Origin: Parcubacteria group bacterium Athens0714_16
Lineage (GTDB): Bacteria; Patescibacteriota; Minisyncoccia; Phycocordibacterales; 21-14-all-36-13
NCBI GenBank assembly: GCA_007376805.1
Contig: VMGX01000001.1
Coordinates: forward strand, 1,034-65,033
Length of the DNA stretch: 64,000 nucleotides
Direction of reading: 5' to 3'
Below, piece by piece: positions 9,633 through 17,385 of the stretch. Numbering within the stretch: the first letter of the stretch is position 1; every line of letters begins with the position of its first letter. The notes beneath the pieces were generated by a model. It was given only the letters and a program-made list of their open reading frames with translations, did not search any database and was not told the DNA's origin. The position numbers and the translations under genes are program-made.

Positions 9633-9857
9633 AACTCTTTGGTATTCAATCCCGTCAATAATGTCGGTAACAGATTTGGGTATTGGGTTATCTTTTATTC
9701 CACAACTTAACTCTTTTCTTAAATCATTTAGAATTTGTGGAATATATTCTTCTGGTATCTCAGTCCCAAGATAAACATTGTTTAATCGGGTTGTTGTTTT
9801 AACAGAACAAACAACTTTTCTCAAGACCCCAGATTTCATGGCCTCAACAATATTCAT
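9630..9857 (-). CDS. Hypothetical small protein
   Basis: 75-aa ORF only. Confidence 0.3.
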   Translation of the reverse strand: MNIVEAMKSGVLRKVVCSVKTTTRLNNVYLGTEIPEEYIPQILNDLRKELSCGIKDNPIPKSVTDIIDGIEYQRV

Positions 9858-9940
9858 AAATCCTCCTTTTTAATTATCTACAATCTAGAATAATCTTTCC
9901 TAATAAAAAGTCAATATATTAAAAATGTGTGCATAAATAC

Positions 9941-9976
9941 ATCAATGGTACCGTTCGTACGAACGGTACCATTGAT
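9941..9976. repeat. 36-bp perfect palindrome
   Basis: atcaatggtaccgttc gtac gaacggtaccattgat. Confidence 0.85.
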
Positions 9977-10030
9977 GGTTATAAACAAAAATTGTGGAGA
10001 AAAATAAAAAAATGCCCTTAAGGGCATTTT

Positions 10031-10156
10031 TTACACCTTTCTTCTATAACTTTGTTTGGTTTTTACTAATTTAAAACCAATAGAATTTTTGAAATTTGAA
10101 GGGGTTCTAAAAGCCGGCTTCCCTTTCTTATTCCCAACTTTTGCATAATTACGCAT
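10031..10156 (-). CDS. Possible small basic protein (41 aa)
   Basis: ATG 10154-10156 to TAA 10031-10033: MRNYAKVGNKKGKPAFRTPSNFKNSIGFKLVKTKQSYRRKV. Highly basic and followed by a hairpin terminator at 10006..10031. Not in the ORF track because it is under 60 aa. Confidence 0.25.
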   Translation of the reverse strand: MRNYAKVGNKKGKPAFRTPSNFKNSIGFKLVKTKQSYRRKV

Positions 10157-10214
10157 ATTTTTTTAATTAAATCTTAATAAACTTTTTGTTTAATATTATT
10201 TTTCGCTAGTAGAT

Positions 10215-10799
10215 TTATTGCTTTGTTGTTTTTTTGCATCTTGTATAACAAAAACAATTTGCTGTATGGTCATTTACCATACCAACTGCTTGCATATGAG
10301 CATACACGACAGTTGGCCCCAAAAACTTAAACCCTCTTTTTTTCAAATCCTTTGAAAAATCTTCTGCTTCTTTTGTAATTGCAGGTAAATCTTTCAATGT
10401 TTTTCTCTTTCCATCAATTTGTTTTCCTTTTACAAATCCCCACATATATTTACTAAAGCTTCCAAATTCCCTCTGAACTTCTAAAAATCTTTTTGCGTTA
10501 TTAATAGTCGATTCTATTTTTAACTTATTTCTAATTATACCTATGTTTTTTAATAATTTATTAACATCTTTTTTTGTAAATTTGGATATTTTTTTCGGAT
10601 TAAAATTTGCGAAGGCTCTTTTATATCCATTTCTCCTGTAAAGTATTGTTCTCCAAGATAGCCCGGCTTGTGCACTCTCTAACACAAGAAATTCAAAAAT
10701 CTTTTTATCATCCTTTATTGGCACACCCCACTCCTCATCGTGATATCTTATCATTAGCAAATCATTACCAGGCCAAACACAACGAGTTTTTTCTTTCAT
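10215..10799 (-). CDS. tag: DNA-3-methyladenine glycosylase I
   Basis: CVWPGNDLLMIRYHDEEWGVP, FLVLESAQAGLSWRTIL and a C-terminal H..C..C zinc site, typical of Tag. Confidence 0.9.
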   Translation of the reverse strand: MKEKTRCVWPGNDLLMIRYHDEEWGVPIKDDKKIFEFLVLESAQAGLSWRTILYRRNGYKRAFANFNPKKISKFTKKDVNKLLKNIGIIRNKLKIESTINNAKRFLEVQREFGSFSKYMWGFVKGKQIDGKRKTLKDLPAITKEAEDFSKDLKKRGFKFLGPTVVYAHMQAVGMVNDHTANCFCYTRCKKTTKQ

Positions 10800-10931
10800 C
10801 CTGTAGTGAAAAATGGCATTGCTCTAAGAGAGCACGGCTATTTTTGTTGTTAATATTGATAAAATTTTTTCTCTTAAATTATACATTTTAATATTTTTTT
10901 TATTAATGCCATTTTCTACTACGGGATTCAT
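10800..10931 (-). mobile_element. Family A inverted-repeat mini-element, copy A1 (abuts tag ATG)
   Basis: Ends cctgtagtgaaaaatggcat ... atgccattttctactacggg plus attcat. Starts at the base after the tag start codon. Confidence 0.8.
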
Positions 10932-10948
10932 AACTTTTGTTGAACATT

Positions 10949-11173
10949 CTACAATTTTCCAATTTCTTTTAAATCTTTATCGGGTATATATAAAACTAAA
11001 AGACCAATCACAATCCCAACAATTCCACTATATAATGGGTTTATATTAAAAAATGAGTCAAAACTATCTAAAATATACCAAACACCACGCCAAACAAGAA
11101 CAAGCCCAATAACTACGGCAACATTTTTAGAAAAATAATTAATTAGAGATATTTTTTTTTGTTCTGTATTCAT
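10949..11173 (-). CDS. Small two-TM membrane protein
   Basis: 74-aa ORF with two hydrophobic helices. Its ATG abuts repeat A2. Confidence 0.4.
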   Translation of the reverse strand: MNTEQKKISLINYFSKNVAVVIGLVLVWRGVWYILDSFDSFFNINPLYSGIVGIVIGLLVLYIPDKDLKEIGKL

Positions 11174-11391
11174 CCTGTAGTGAAAAATGGCATTATTCTA
11201 AAAGAACGCGACCATTCTTACTATTAATACTAATAAAAAACTTATCCTGTGGTAAAATTATTTTTAATATTTTATATTTACGAGCTAATTTTATAAAAAA
11301 TATTACCTGCCCCGTGAAATTTAAAAACTATTTCACTGGGGTGGATTCAAAAGCTCATTCATCGCTTTTGAATTTTTACTACGGGATTCAT
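11174..11391 (-). mobile_element. Family A element, copy A2 (218 bp, carries extra nested hairpins; abuts ATG of 10949..11173)
   Basis: Same left end and the same terminal ctactacgggattcat. The interior has ccccgtgaaat/atttcactgggg and attcaaaagc/gcttttgaat hairpins. Confidence 0.75.
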
Positions 11392-11430
11392 ATATTTTAA
11401 TTATATTAAATAAATAGTTTGAACACAAAT

Positions 11431-11552
11431 CAAAACTCTCTAAATGAGAGTTTTGATCCATAATGCTTTGTTTTTTTGAAACTCTCTAAATGAGAGTTTT
11501 GATCCATAATGCTTTGTTTTTTTGTTTTTTTGAAACTCTCTAAATGAGAGTT
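11431..11552. repeat. Tandem repeat (about 46-54 bp x 2.5) of hairpin plus GATCCATAAT motif
   Basis: aaactctctaaatgagagttttgatccataatgctttgttttttt repeated. ORF 11430..11612 over it is spurious. Confidence 0.85.
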
Positions 11553-11622
11553 ATAAGTATTTAAATTTGATTTGTGTTTAAAAAGAAAACGGCCATTTGG
11601 CCGTTTTATCAATAAAAAAATC

Positions 11623-11910
11623 CTATTTCTGAGATGGTAAAATATTATTTTTTACCAAACTCGCAACAAACACTTCGTTGTCATCATTCCCATTGTCATT
11701 TTGCCCGGGAAAAAGACGAAAACAATTGTTGCTTTTACAATCAATCAAAAAACCTTTTCTTTGGACCAAACAGGAACAGACACAACATTTTTTTTCTTGT
11801 GGAAGTATAGTCCCAGCATTTATAGATTCTCTGGGTTCTCCTAAAACTTCCGAAACAATTCCCATAACATCTCTGAATGTTCCATCAGCAATTGCTTGGT
11901 TCAGATCCAT
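11623..11910 (-). CDS. Hypothetical Cys-rich protein
   Basis: 95-aa ORF with a CCVCSC...C..NNC cluster. Terminator at 11581..11610. Confidence 0.35.
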   Translation of the reverse strand: MDLNQAIADGTFRDVMGIVSEVLGEPRESINAGTILPQEKKCCVCSCLVQRKGFLIDCKSNNCFRLFPGQNDNGNDDNEVFVASLVKNNILPSQK

Positions 11911-12002
11911 AACTCCTCTCCTTGTGTATTTTGGTTTTTAACAAAACAACGGTTCTTTTTGAATATATCACTGTTTTTAAACAAAAACAAACTCTGAAAT
12001 AT

Positions 12003-12033
12003 AAAAACACACAACTTTCTGTTGTGTGTTTTT
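12003..12033 (-). terminator. Rho-independent terminator after the tRNA-Ala 3' segment
   Basis: acacacaac tttct gttgtgtgt with a U-run on the minus strand. Confidence 0.7.
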
Positions 12034-12040
12034 ATATTTG

Positions 12041-12053
12041 TGGACCAGAGAGG
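12041..12053 (-). other. Detached 3' segment of tRNA-Ala(UGC): T-stem 3' strand, acceptor 3' strand and discriminator
   Basis: CCUCU CUGGUCC A pairs with GGGGG (two G:U) and with GGGCCAG, giving G3:U70. A terminator hairpin follows at 12003..12033. Confidence 0.7.
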
Positions 12054-12165
12054 ACTCGACACAGGTCTCTAATTCGCTACGCTCATAAGAGCCTGTCGTC
12101 ACGACTCGGCGACAAGCACTCGCTTTGCTCGTCTTGTATACCGCCTCCGTCTTTCGAGTCCTAAC
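12049..12165 (-). repeat. Repeat X, distal copy (117 bp), ends in the true tRNA-Ala T-stem strand
   Basis: 116/117 identical to 15909..16025; the single difference is 12064 g versus 15924 a. Confidence 0.95.
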
Positions 12166-12312
12166 ACATCATATAAAACTTCAAACCGCTTGAAAAGCTA
12201 TCTTTCTAGATTTTGGATCTATTATAATTCAAGTCCAAAACTACAAAATATGCTTATAAATGCTTAAGGAGTTATTTATGAAAGGGGCACAAAGAGAGTA
12301 TTGAATTATTTA

Positions 12313-14052
12313 TCAACTAATTTTAAGTTTTTCTGCCCAGCAGTTTTTATTTTCTTCGTCTGGCACTGCAATTACCAATAATCTGCTCGGACGAGATATT
12401 GCCACATAGACATTTCTTAATTCTTCCTCTTCAGATATTTTACTGTTAGCTAACATAGTTTTGTAAGATTTCATCACTTTCTTTTTAAGAAATACAAGAA
12501 CTGCTTCAAAAGTTTCTCCTTTCACTTTATGAATTGTGCTAGGTCTATAGTCTGTTGGGACACTGTCAATATGTTCTTGTGGAAAGAGTTGAGAAAATTG
12601 TGCCTCCTTTAGGTTTTGATTTATTTTTAATTCAAATTCGTAATTTTTAGAACTAATGACTAAATTTGCTTCAGCTATCCACGCTCCAAGTCTAGTTGCA
12701 CTAACTGCTTTTGGGAGTAATTTTACAAATTTATATAACTCTTTTCTTAAGTTGCTAAATCCTCGTTCTTCAACAAACATATTAAAATTTTCTTCTGAAA
12801 AGTATGAGATGTTCTGTGTTGCCTTTAAGAAACCTCTTTCAATATATTTCATACCTCTAATAAAATCATTTCTATCATATAGGAACTTACCAAGAGCAAA
12901 ATCTCTGGTAAATGGAGATCCAACTAGCCAAGGACTTTCTCTATTGGGATTAGAGATAGCTTGTGTAAAAAAACTTTTTGACCTAAATAACACAGCTACA
13001 TTTTTAGGATTAAATTCAATACCATATTCCTTACACTTATTCTTGAAACTATTTAAGGTGGATTTTTTACCAGTAATAGTCTCCTCGTATGTCCATATTT
13101 CAGGACAGATATCACAGTCTTTTACTTTTTTATTAGTGGCAATGATTTTTCTTTCTCCTAATGAAGAAAAATTATAGACGACATCACATATTTTTTGTGA
13201 ACTACGCCAACTTTCATCTAGAATAATAGAATTGTTTTTCCAGTCCTGTTCTTTTTCTATGAATAAACTGGGTTTTGCGTCATTCCACTCAAATATAGCT
13301 TGATCTGGGTCGCCCACAATCATTATATTTTCCAAACCAGATTTTACAATAATATCTATGATTTGCATTTGTATTTCGGTGGTATCTTGTGCTTCATCAA
13401 TAATGAAAACAGGAAATCTTAAAGCCAATGATCTAGCAATTTTAGGATACTGCTCTAATATCTTTAATGCAAAATAGTTTGCATCTGCTTGAGTTGCAAA
13501 ACCCTTCTCATTAAAATCTTTCTTCATTTTTTGTAGTTTTTCATAATGACCATTCACTGTTTTTCCATTAGCATTTATTTTATTAGGAAAACCACCGAAG
13601 AAGTATTGAGCATCATTTTTTGGACACAAATCACCGTCTATTTTGTAACTAACTTTATCAAAGTATCTATTATAGTCTCTTTCATAAGCACCACCATTCC
13701 AAATACCGTATGGTTCTCCAACCATTATTGGGCGTTTTTCACAACCCAGAACAAGATGTCCAAACGGGAGAAAAATATATTGATTTATAAAACTATCAAT
13801 CGTGCCTAAAAAATGTGGGTAAGAAATGTGTGTATCAAAATCTTTTATACAGTTATCTCTTATTTCTTGCCAAGCAGTATTGGTAAAAGATATAGTAGCT
13901 ATACCTTTATATTCTTCAGTCCATTCAGATATTAACTTTGAGAATTTAGCTGAAACGCAGTATGTTTTACCGCTACCTGGACAAGCACGAACAACAAATT
14001 TTCCAGTTTTTCCTAAAACCTCTCTTTGTTTGTCTGATAATTTACTGAACAT
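12313..14052 (-). CDS. gajB: UvrD-like superfamily 1 helicase, GajB-like
   Basis: Walker A ACPGSGKTY, DEAQD box (FIIDEAQDT), and C-terminal VHKVKGETFEAVLV. It starts 3 nt after the gajA stop. Confidence 0.75.
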   Translation of the reverse strand: MFSKLSDKQREVLGKTGKFVVRACPGSGKTYCVSAKFSKLISEWTEEYKGIATISFTNTAWQEIRDNCIKDFDTHISYPHFLGTIDSFINQYIFLPFGHLVLGCEKRPIMVGEPYGIWNGGAYERDYNRYFDKVSYKIDGDLCPKNDAQYFFGGFPNKINANGKTVNGHYEKLQKMKKDFNEKGFATQADANYFALKILEQYPKIARSLALRFPVFIIDEAQDTTEIQMQIIDIIVKSGLENIMIVGDPDQAIFEWNDAKPSLFIEKEQDWKNNSIILDESWRSSQKICDVVYNFSSLGERKIIATNKKVKDCDICPEIWTYEETITGKKSTLNSFKNKCKEYGIEFNPKNVAVLFRSKSFFTQAISNPNRESPWLVGSPFTRDFALGKFLYDRNDFIRGMKYIERGFLKATQNISYFSEENFNMFVEERGFSNLRKELYKFVKLLPKAVSATRLGAWIAEANLVISSKNYEFELKINQNLKEAQFSQLFPQEHIDSVPTDYRPSTIHKVKGETFEAVLVFLKKKVMKSYKTMLANSKISEEEELRNVYVAISRPSRLLVIAVPDEENKNCWAEKLKIS

Positions 14053-14055
14053 AAA

Positions 14056-15813
14056 TTATTCATTTTTAGCAACATATTTTATAGCTTTTTCAATATATTT
14101 AGGGATGATAAAGTTATCAAAAGCCGATTGATCATTTTCTAGTCTAACCGCTAATCTGTGAGCTAATTCTGATTTTGATTTTTGATCATCAACTTTGTCA
14201 GCAAAATTCTTTGCATAAATTTTTTCATCTTTGTCTGGTGTTATTACTGTTAATGGATGAAATTCTTTATATATTTCTAATAATAATGTTTGATTATATT
14301 TACTTGCCAAAAAAAGCTCATATTCAAAAGTCATTTCTCCAGTAAAAACTTTTAATAAGCCAGTTTCTAATGTTTTTACTTTTCCTGCTCTTGTAGAACC
14401 ATCATCATTGATATTTTTCCTATCATCATCTGTTATAACGGCACAACGATGATTTATTCTTTTTTGTGAGTCAGATGAATTAAAAAGTTTTGCAAAGTGT
14501 TCAAAAGCAACCCCGTTTATATTTACAACTTCAATTCCAAGATTGTTAAGAAAATAATTTATACCTATCTTTTTACTGAAAATTGGTAATAATAATGACT
14601 CTGATATTCCTTCTACTAGGATTGTTCCATTTGCAAAGAATAACTGTGATTTTGTGACATCTAAAAATTTTTGAAGGAATTTTTTATTATTTTCATTTAG
14701 TTCAGAGTTTATTACAGAAAGAGCAAAAGTTTCATTTGATATATGTTGTAAAACAATCAAGGAGTCTAGACCAGCTTTTGCTGTTATTGTTGGAGAATGA
14801 GACGAAACAAAGGTCTGAAAATTTTGATTAGTAGAAAGTTCTGACAAATAATTAAAAAATAGGTTTTGTAGCTGTGGATGTAAGTGAGCTTCTGGTTCTT
14901 CAATTAAAAGTGAAAAATAAGAGTTTGAGTCTTTTTCTTTTTTTTGTTTTATGTCTCCTAAAACAGTAGCTATATATATTAAATTGTTATACCCCAAACC
15001 ATTCTGCCAAATACTCAAATAGCGTTGTTCGTAAGTAGGGTCTTTATCAAGAATATCTTTATCAAAAACTGGTATTTGTATATGTAGATTGTTAAGTATT
15101 TCCGCAAAACCAAGTCCACTAAAACTAATTTCTATTTTTTGAGTTTTATCAGAAAATGTAGTTTTATCTAAATGTTCACAGACTTTTTCTTTACCTTTAT
15201 TTATAAAATCTTTCCAATTTTCATTTTCTAACACCGTTTTTATTTCTTTTACCAATCCTTTTTTCTGCTCTTCTGTGTATGTTTCAATCTCGGAATAAAG
15301 TCTAGATAATTTACTATCTTTAAATGGTTTCAAAAACTGTTCTGCGTCTCGGAGAGCTCCCAAATGAACATAGTTAATTAACTGTAATACCTCATTAGAT
15401 ATTTGCTGTCCTTCATTTTCTCCACCCCATATTTTATATTTTAACTTTCCTTTTACATCTAAATAATATCTTATATGTAATTGTAGACTTGTTTCTCCAT
15501 TATCCTCATCAATTGTTAACATTTCTCTAAAAATTGCAGTTTCTGACTCATCTTCTATAACAAAAAGTAAATCAAATTTAACTTCATTTGTAATTTGAGC
15601 TGGATTGGTTCTGTCAATGTGAAAATCATTTTCTTTTGAAAAATATATATCTCTTCGTAAACTTCCCCAACCAAGAGATAAGCGTAAAGCATCAACGATT
15701 GCAGTTTTTCCAACATTGTTTTCTCCTACTAAAATATTGAGTCCTTTCTTAAAATGGAGAATGAGGTCTTTTACTGTTCTATAGTTTTGTATTCTAAAAT
15801 CTCTTAAATACAT
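14056..15813 (-). CDS. gajA: OLD-family ATPase plus Toprim nuclease, GajA-like
   Basis: From ATG 15811-15813: MYLRDFRIQNYRTVKDL..LVGENNVGKTAIVDAL (ABC/AAA15-type Walker A), LLIEEPEAHLHP (Walker B/D-loop), and Toprim ILVEGISE ... AVITDDD. The track start at 15924 runs into repeat X and is rejected. Confidence 0.8.
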   Translation of the reverse strand: MYLRDFRIQNYRTVKDLILHFKKGLNILVGENNVGKTAIVDALRLSLGWGSLRRDIYFSKENDFHIDRTNPAQITNEVKFDLLFVIEDESETAIFREMLTIDEDNGETSLQLHIRYYLDVKGKLKYKIWGGENEGQQISNEVLQLINYVHLGALRDAEQFLKPFKDSKLSRLYSEIETYTEEQKKGLVKEIKTVLENENWKDFINKGKEKVCEHLDKTTFSDKTQKIEISFSGLGFAEILNNLHIQIPVFDKDILDKDPTYEQRYLSIWQNGLGYNNLIYIATVLGDIKQKKEKDSNSYFSLLIEEPEAHLHPQLQNLFFNYLSELSTNQNFQTFVSSHSPTITAKAGLDSLIVLQHISNETFALSVINSELNENNKKFLQKFLDVTKSQLFFANGTILVEGISESLLLPIFSKKIGINYFLNNLGIEVVNINGVAFEHFAKLFNSSDSQKRINHRCAVITDDDRKNINDDGSTRAGKVKTLETGLLKVFTGEMTFEYELFLASKYNQTLLLEIYKEFHPLTVITPDKDEKIYAKNFADKVDDQKSKSELAHRLAVRLENDQSAFDNFIIPKYIEKAIKYVAKNE

Positions 15814-15908
15814 AAGATATATTTTACCACATTTTGTCAAAAAAATCTTGAAAAAAATAGAAAAACTTACAAATACGATGTTGAAAACCAAAGAGAGAAT
15901 GAGATCAT

Positions 15909-16025
15909 AGAGGACTCGACACAAGTCTCTAATTCGCTACGCTCATAAGAGCCTGTCGTCACGACTCGGCGACAAGCACTCGCTTTGCTCGTCTTGTATA
16001 CCGCCTCCGTCTTTCGAGTCCTAAC
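15909..16025 (-). repeat. Repeat X, proximal copy (117 bp), fused to the tRNA-Ala T-loop
   Basis: It starts right after UUCGAGU of the tRNA. Its first bases (UAGGACUCGAA) are an inverted copy of the T-loop. It is followed by AUGAUCU, a decayed CUGGUCC. Confidence 0.95.
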
Positions 16026-16083
16026 TCGAACCCCCTACCTCCTCAGTGCAAGTGAGGCGCTCTACCAGGTGAGCTACTGGCCC
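16024..16083 (-). tRNA. tRNA-Ala(UGC), positions 1-60 only (interrupted after the T-loop)
   Basis: GGGCCAG UA GCUC ACCUGGUA GAGC G CCUCA CUUGCAC UGAGG AGGUA GGGGG UUCGAGU, then repeat X instead of the T-stem 3' strand. Confidence 0.8.
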
Positions 16084-16151
16084 ATTTGTTTTTATAACAC
16101 AATAATTCTACACGATTTTATTATAATTACAATAATAAACGTGTAAACAAA

Positions 16152-17147
16152 TTAATACAAAGTAAGATTTATAAGATGATTTATAAAACTTGGTAAACCT
16201 ACCCCAACCTCATTTAATTCTCTAACGAAAGGAGCATTTTCAGACAGGTCTGGCAAAGCATTCGTTTCCAACAAATAAATTCCCCTTCTTGGAGAAACAA
16301 TAAAATCAGATCTTGAGTAGTGTCTAAGATTCAAAACATTATGTGCTTTGTTCGCTATTTTTTGTACATCTTTTTTTAAACTTATGGGCAAACTTGTTGG
16401 ACATGAAAATGTTGTACCACCCGCCTGAGCGGGCAAGTCTTTTTTAGAATAATCAAAAAAATCTTCACCCTTATTTAATATTATTTCCAAAGGCATCAAC
16501 TCATATGTTTCTTCATTTCTAAAATTATCAATTACTCCACATGTGATTTGTTTTCCTTCTATAAATTCCTCAACTAAAATAGTCTCATATTTATTTAATA
16601 AATCTCCTAAAGAGAAAAGTAATGTATCGAAATCTCTCGCAACAAAAATATCATTTGAAGAGCCCCCAGAAACAGGCTTCATAATTAATGGTATACCAAA
16701 TCCCCTAAATATATCCAAAGCAATTTTTTCAACCTCCAAATCATTTTTTACAATTATATATCTAGGTGTTTTTAGCCCCGCATTTTCAAATATTTTTTTT
16801 GCAAAATATTTATTAAAACTCATAAGTGATGGCAACGCCCGAGAACCTGTGTATGGTATAGAAAAATTATTAAGAACTCTCTGTAGAGAACCGTCCTCAC
16901 CAAAATCACCGTGTATAGAATTTATAACTAAATCTACATCTCTCAATATTTTTTCTGGACTTGTTTGAACACCTCTAAGATTCCAAGATAAGTCTTTTGA
17001 AATAATTACATCTTTGACGATGTATTCTTTGGGTATATTTTTAATAAAGGATACGCCTGTATTTAAAGATAGTCCGCGTTCTTTCCCCGGACCACCCCGA
17101 AGAAGACCAATTTTTATTTCTTTTCCAGAATCAATAAAGTTTTTCAT
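16152..17147 (-). CDS. ddl: D-alanine--D-alanine ligase
   Basis: ATP-grasp fold (IPLIMKPVSGGSSNDIFV, LVEEFIEGKQITCGVI) and C-terminal SRSDFIV...YLLETNALP. Confidence 0.9.
   Translation of the reverse strand: MKNFIDSGKEIKIGLLRGGPGKERGLSLNTGVSFIKNIPKEYIVKDVIISKDLSWNLRGVQTSPEKILRDVDLVINSIHGDFGEDGSLQRVLNNFSIPYTGSRALPSLMSFNKYFAKKIFENAGLKTPRYIIVKNDLEVEKIALDIFRGFGIPLIMKPVSGGSSNDIFVARDFDTLLFSLGDLLNKYETILVEEFIEGKQITCGVIDNFRNEETYELMPLEIILNKGEDFFDYSKKDLPAQAGGTTFSCPTSLPISLKKDVQKIANKAHNVLNLRHYSRSDFIVSPRRGIYLLETNALPDLSENAPFVRELNEVGVGLPSFINHLINLTLY
16420..16443. repeat. GC-rich hairpin module H3 inside the ddl CDS
   Basis: cccgcctgagcgggcaagtctttt, 21/24 identical to 683..706, and also encodes KKDLPAQAG. 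Confidence 0.8.
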
Positions 17148-17282
17148 CCTGTAGTGAAAAATGGCATCGCTCTAAAAGAGCGCTGCTATTCTTGTTATTA
17201 ATATTGATAAATTTTCTTTCATGATATTACTTATTTTTGATATTTTCTTTCTCTTAATGCCATTTTCTACTACGGGATTCAT
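17148..17282 (-). mobile_element. Family A element, copy A3 (abuts ddl ATG)
   Basis: Same termini as A1, 135 bp. Confidence 0.8.
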
Positions 17283-17385
17283 CCACAATATTATACAATA
17301 AAAAATTTATTTAAATAAGTCTGCCGGTTGATTTTTCTCTAAAATAGGGATAATATCCAAAACAGAAAATATAGGAGTTTGGAAT

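Noticed and set aside
11431-11552. Possible CRISPR array (regularly spaced hairpin repeats)
   Set aside because: The spacers between hairpins are themselves repeated, so there is no unique spacer content. There are only 2.5 units and no cas genes. It is a plain tandem repeat.
12041-12165. tmRNA (ssrA): the plus strand reads GGACCAGAGAGGACUCGACACAGG, reminiscent of the tmRNA 5' end (GGGGCUGAUUCUGGAUUCGAC), and the locus has a G3:U70 alanine acceptor
   Set aside because: The resemblance comes from reading the complement of a tRNA T-loop and acceptor. No tag reading frame ending in a typical ..AA stop and no pseudoknot-like organisation were found. The minus strand gives a full tRNA-Ala with an anticodon arm.
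12049-12165. Hammerhead-like ribozyme core in repeat X (CUUAUGAG ... CGAAAG)
   Set aside because: The CUGAUGA box has U in place of the essential G, and the helices needed around the core do not form. A self-cleaving ribozyme is not supported.
15814-15924. N-terminal extension of gajA (track start 15924). Similar extensions exist for dnaE (3696), infB (55116), dnaX (32184), nifS-like (54540), arsR (27897) and LAGLIDADG (57686)
   Set aside because: The extensions are hydrophobic or low-complexity, run into repeats or tRNA flanks, and bypass internal ATGs that start exactly at the conserved N-terminal motifs.
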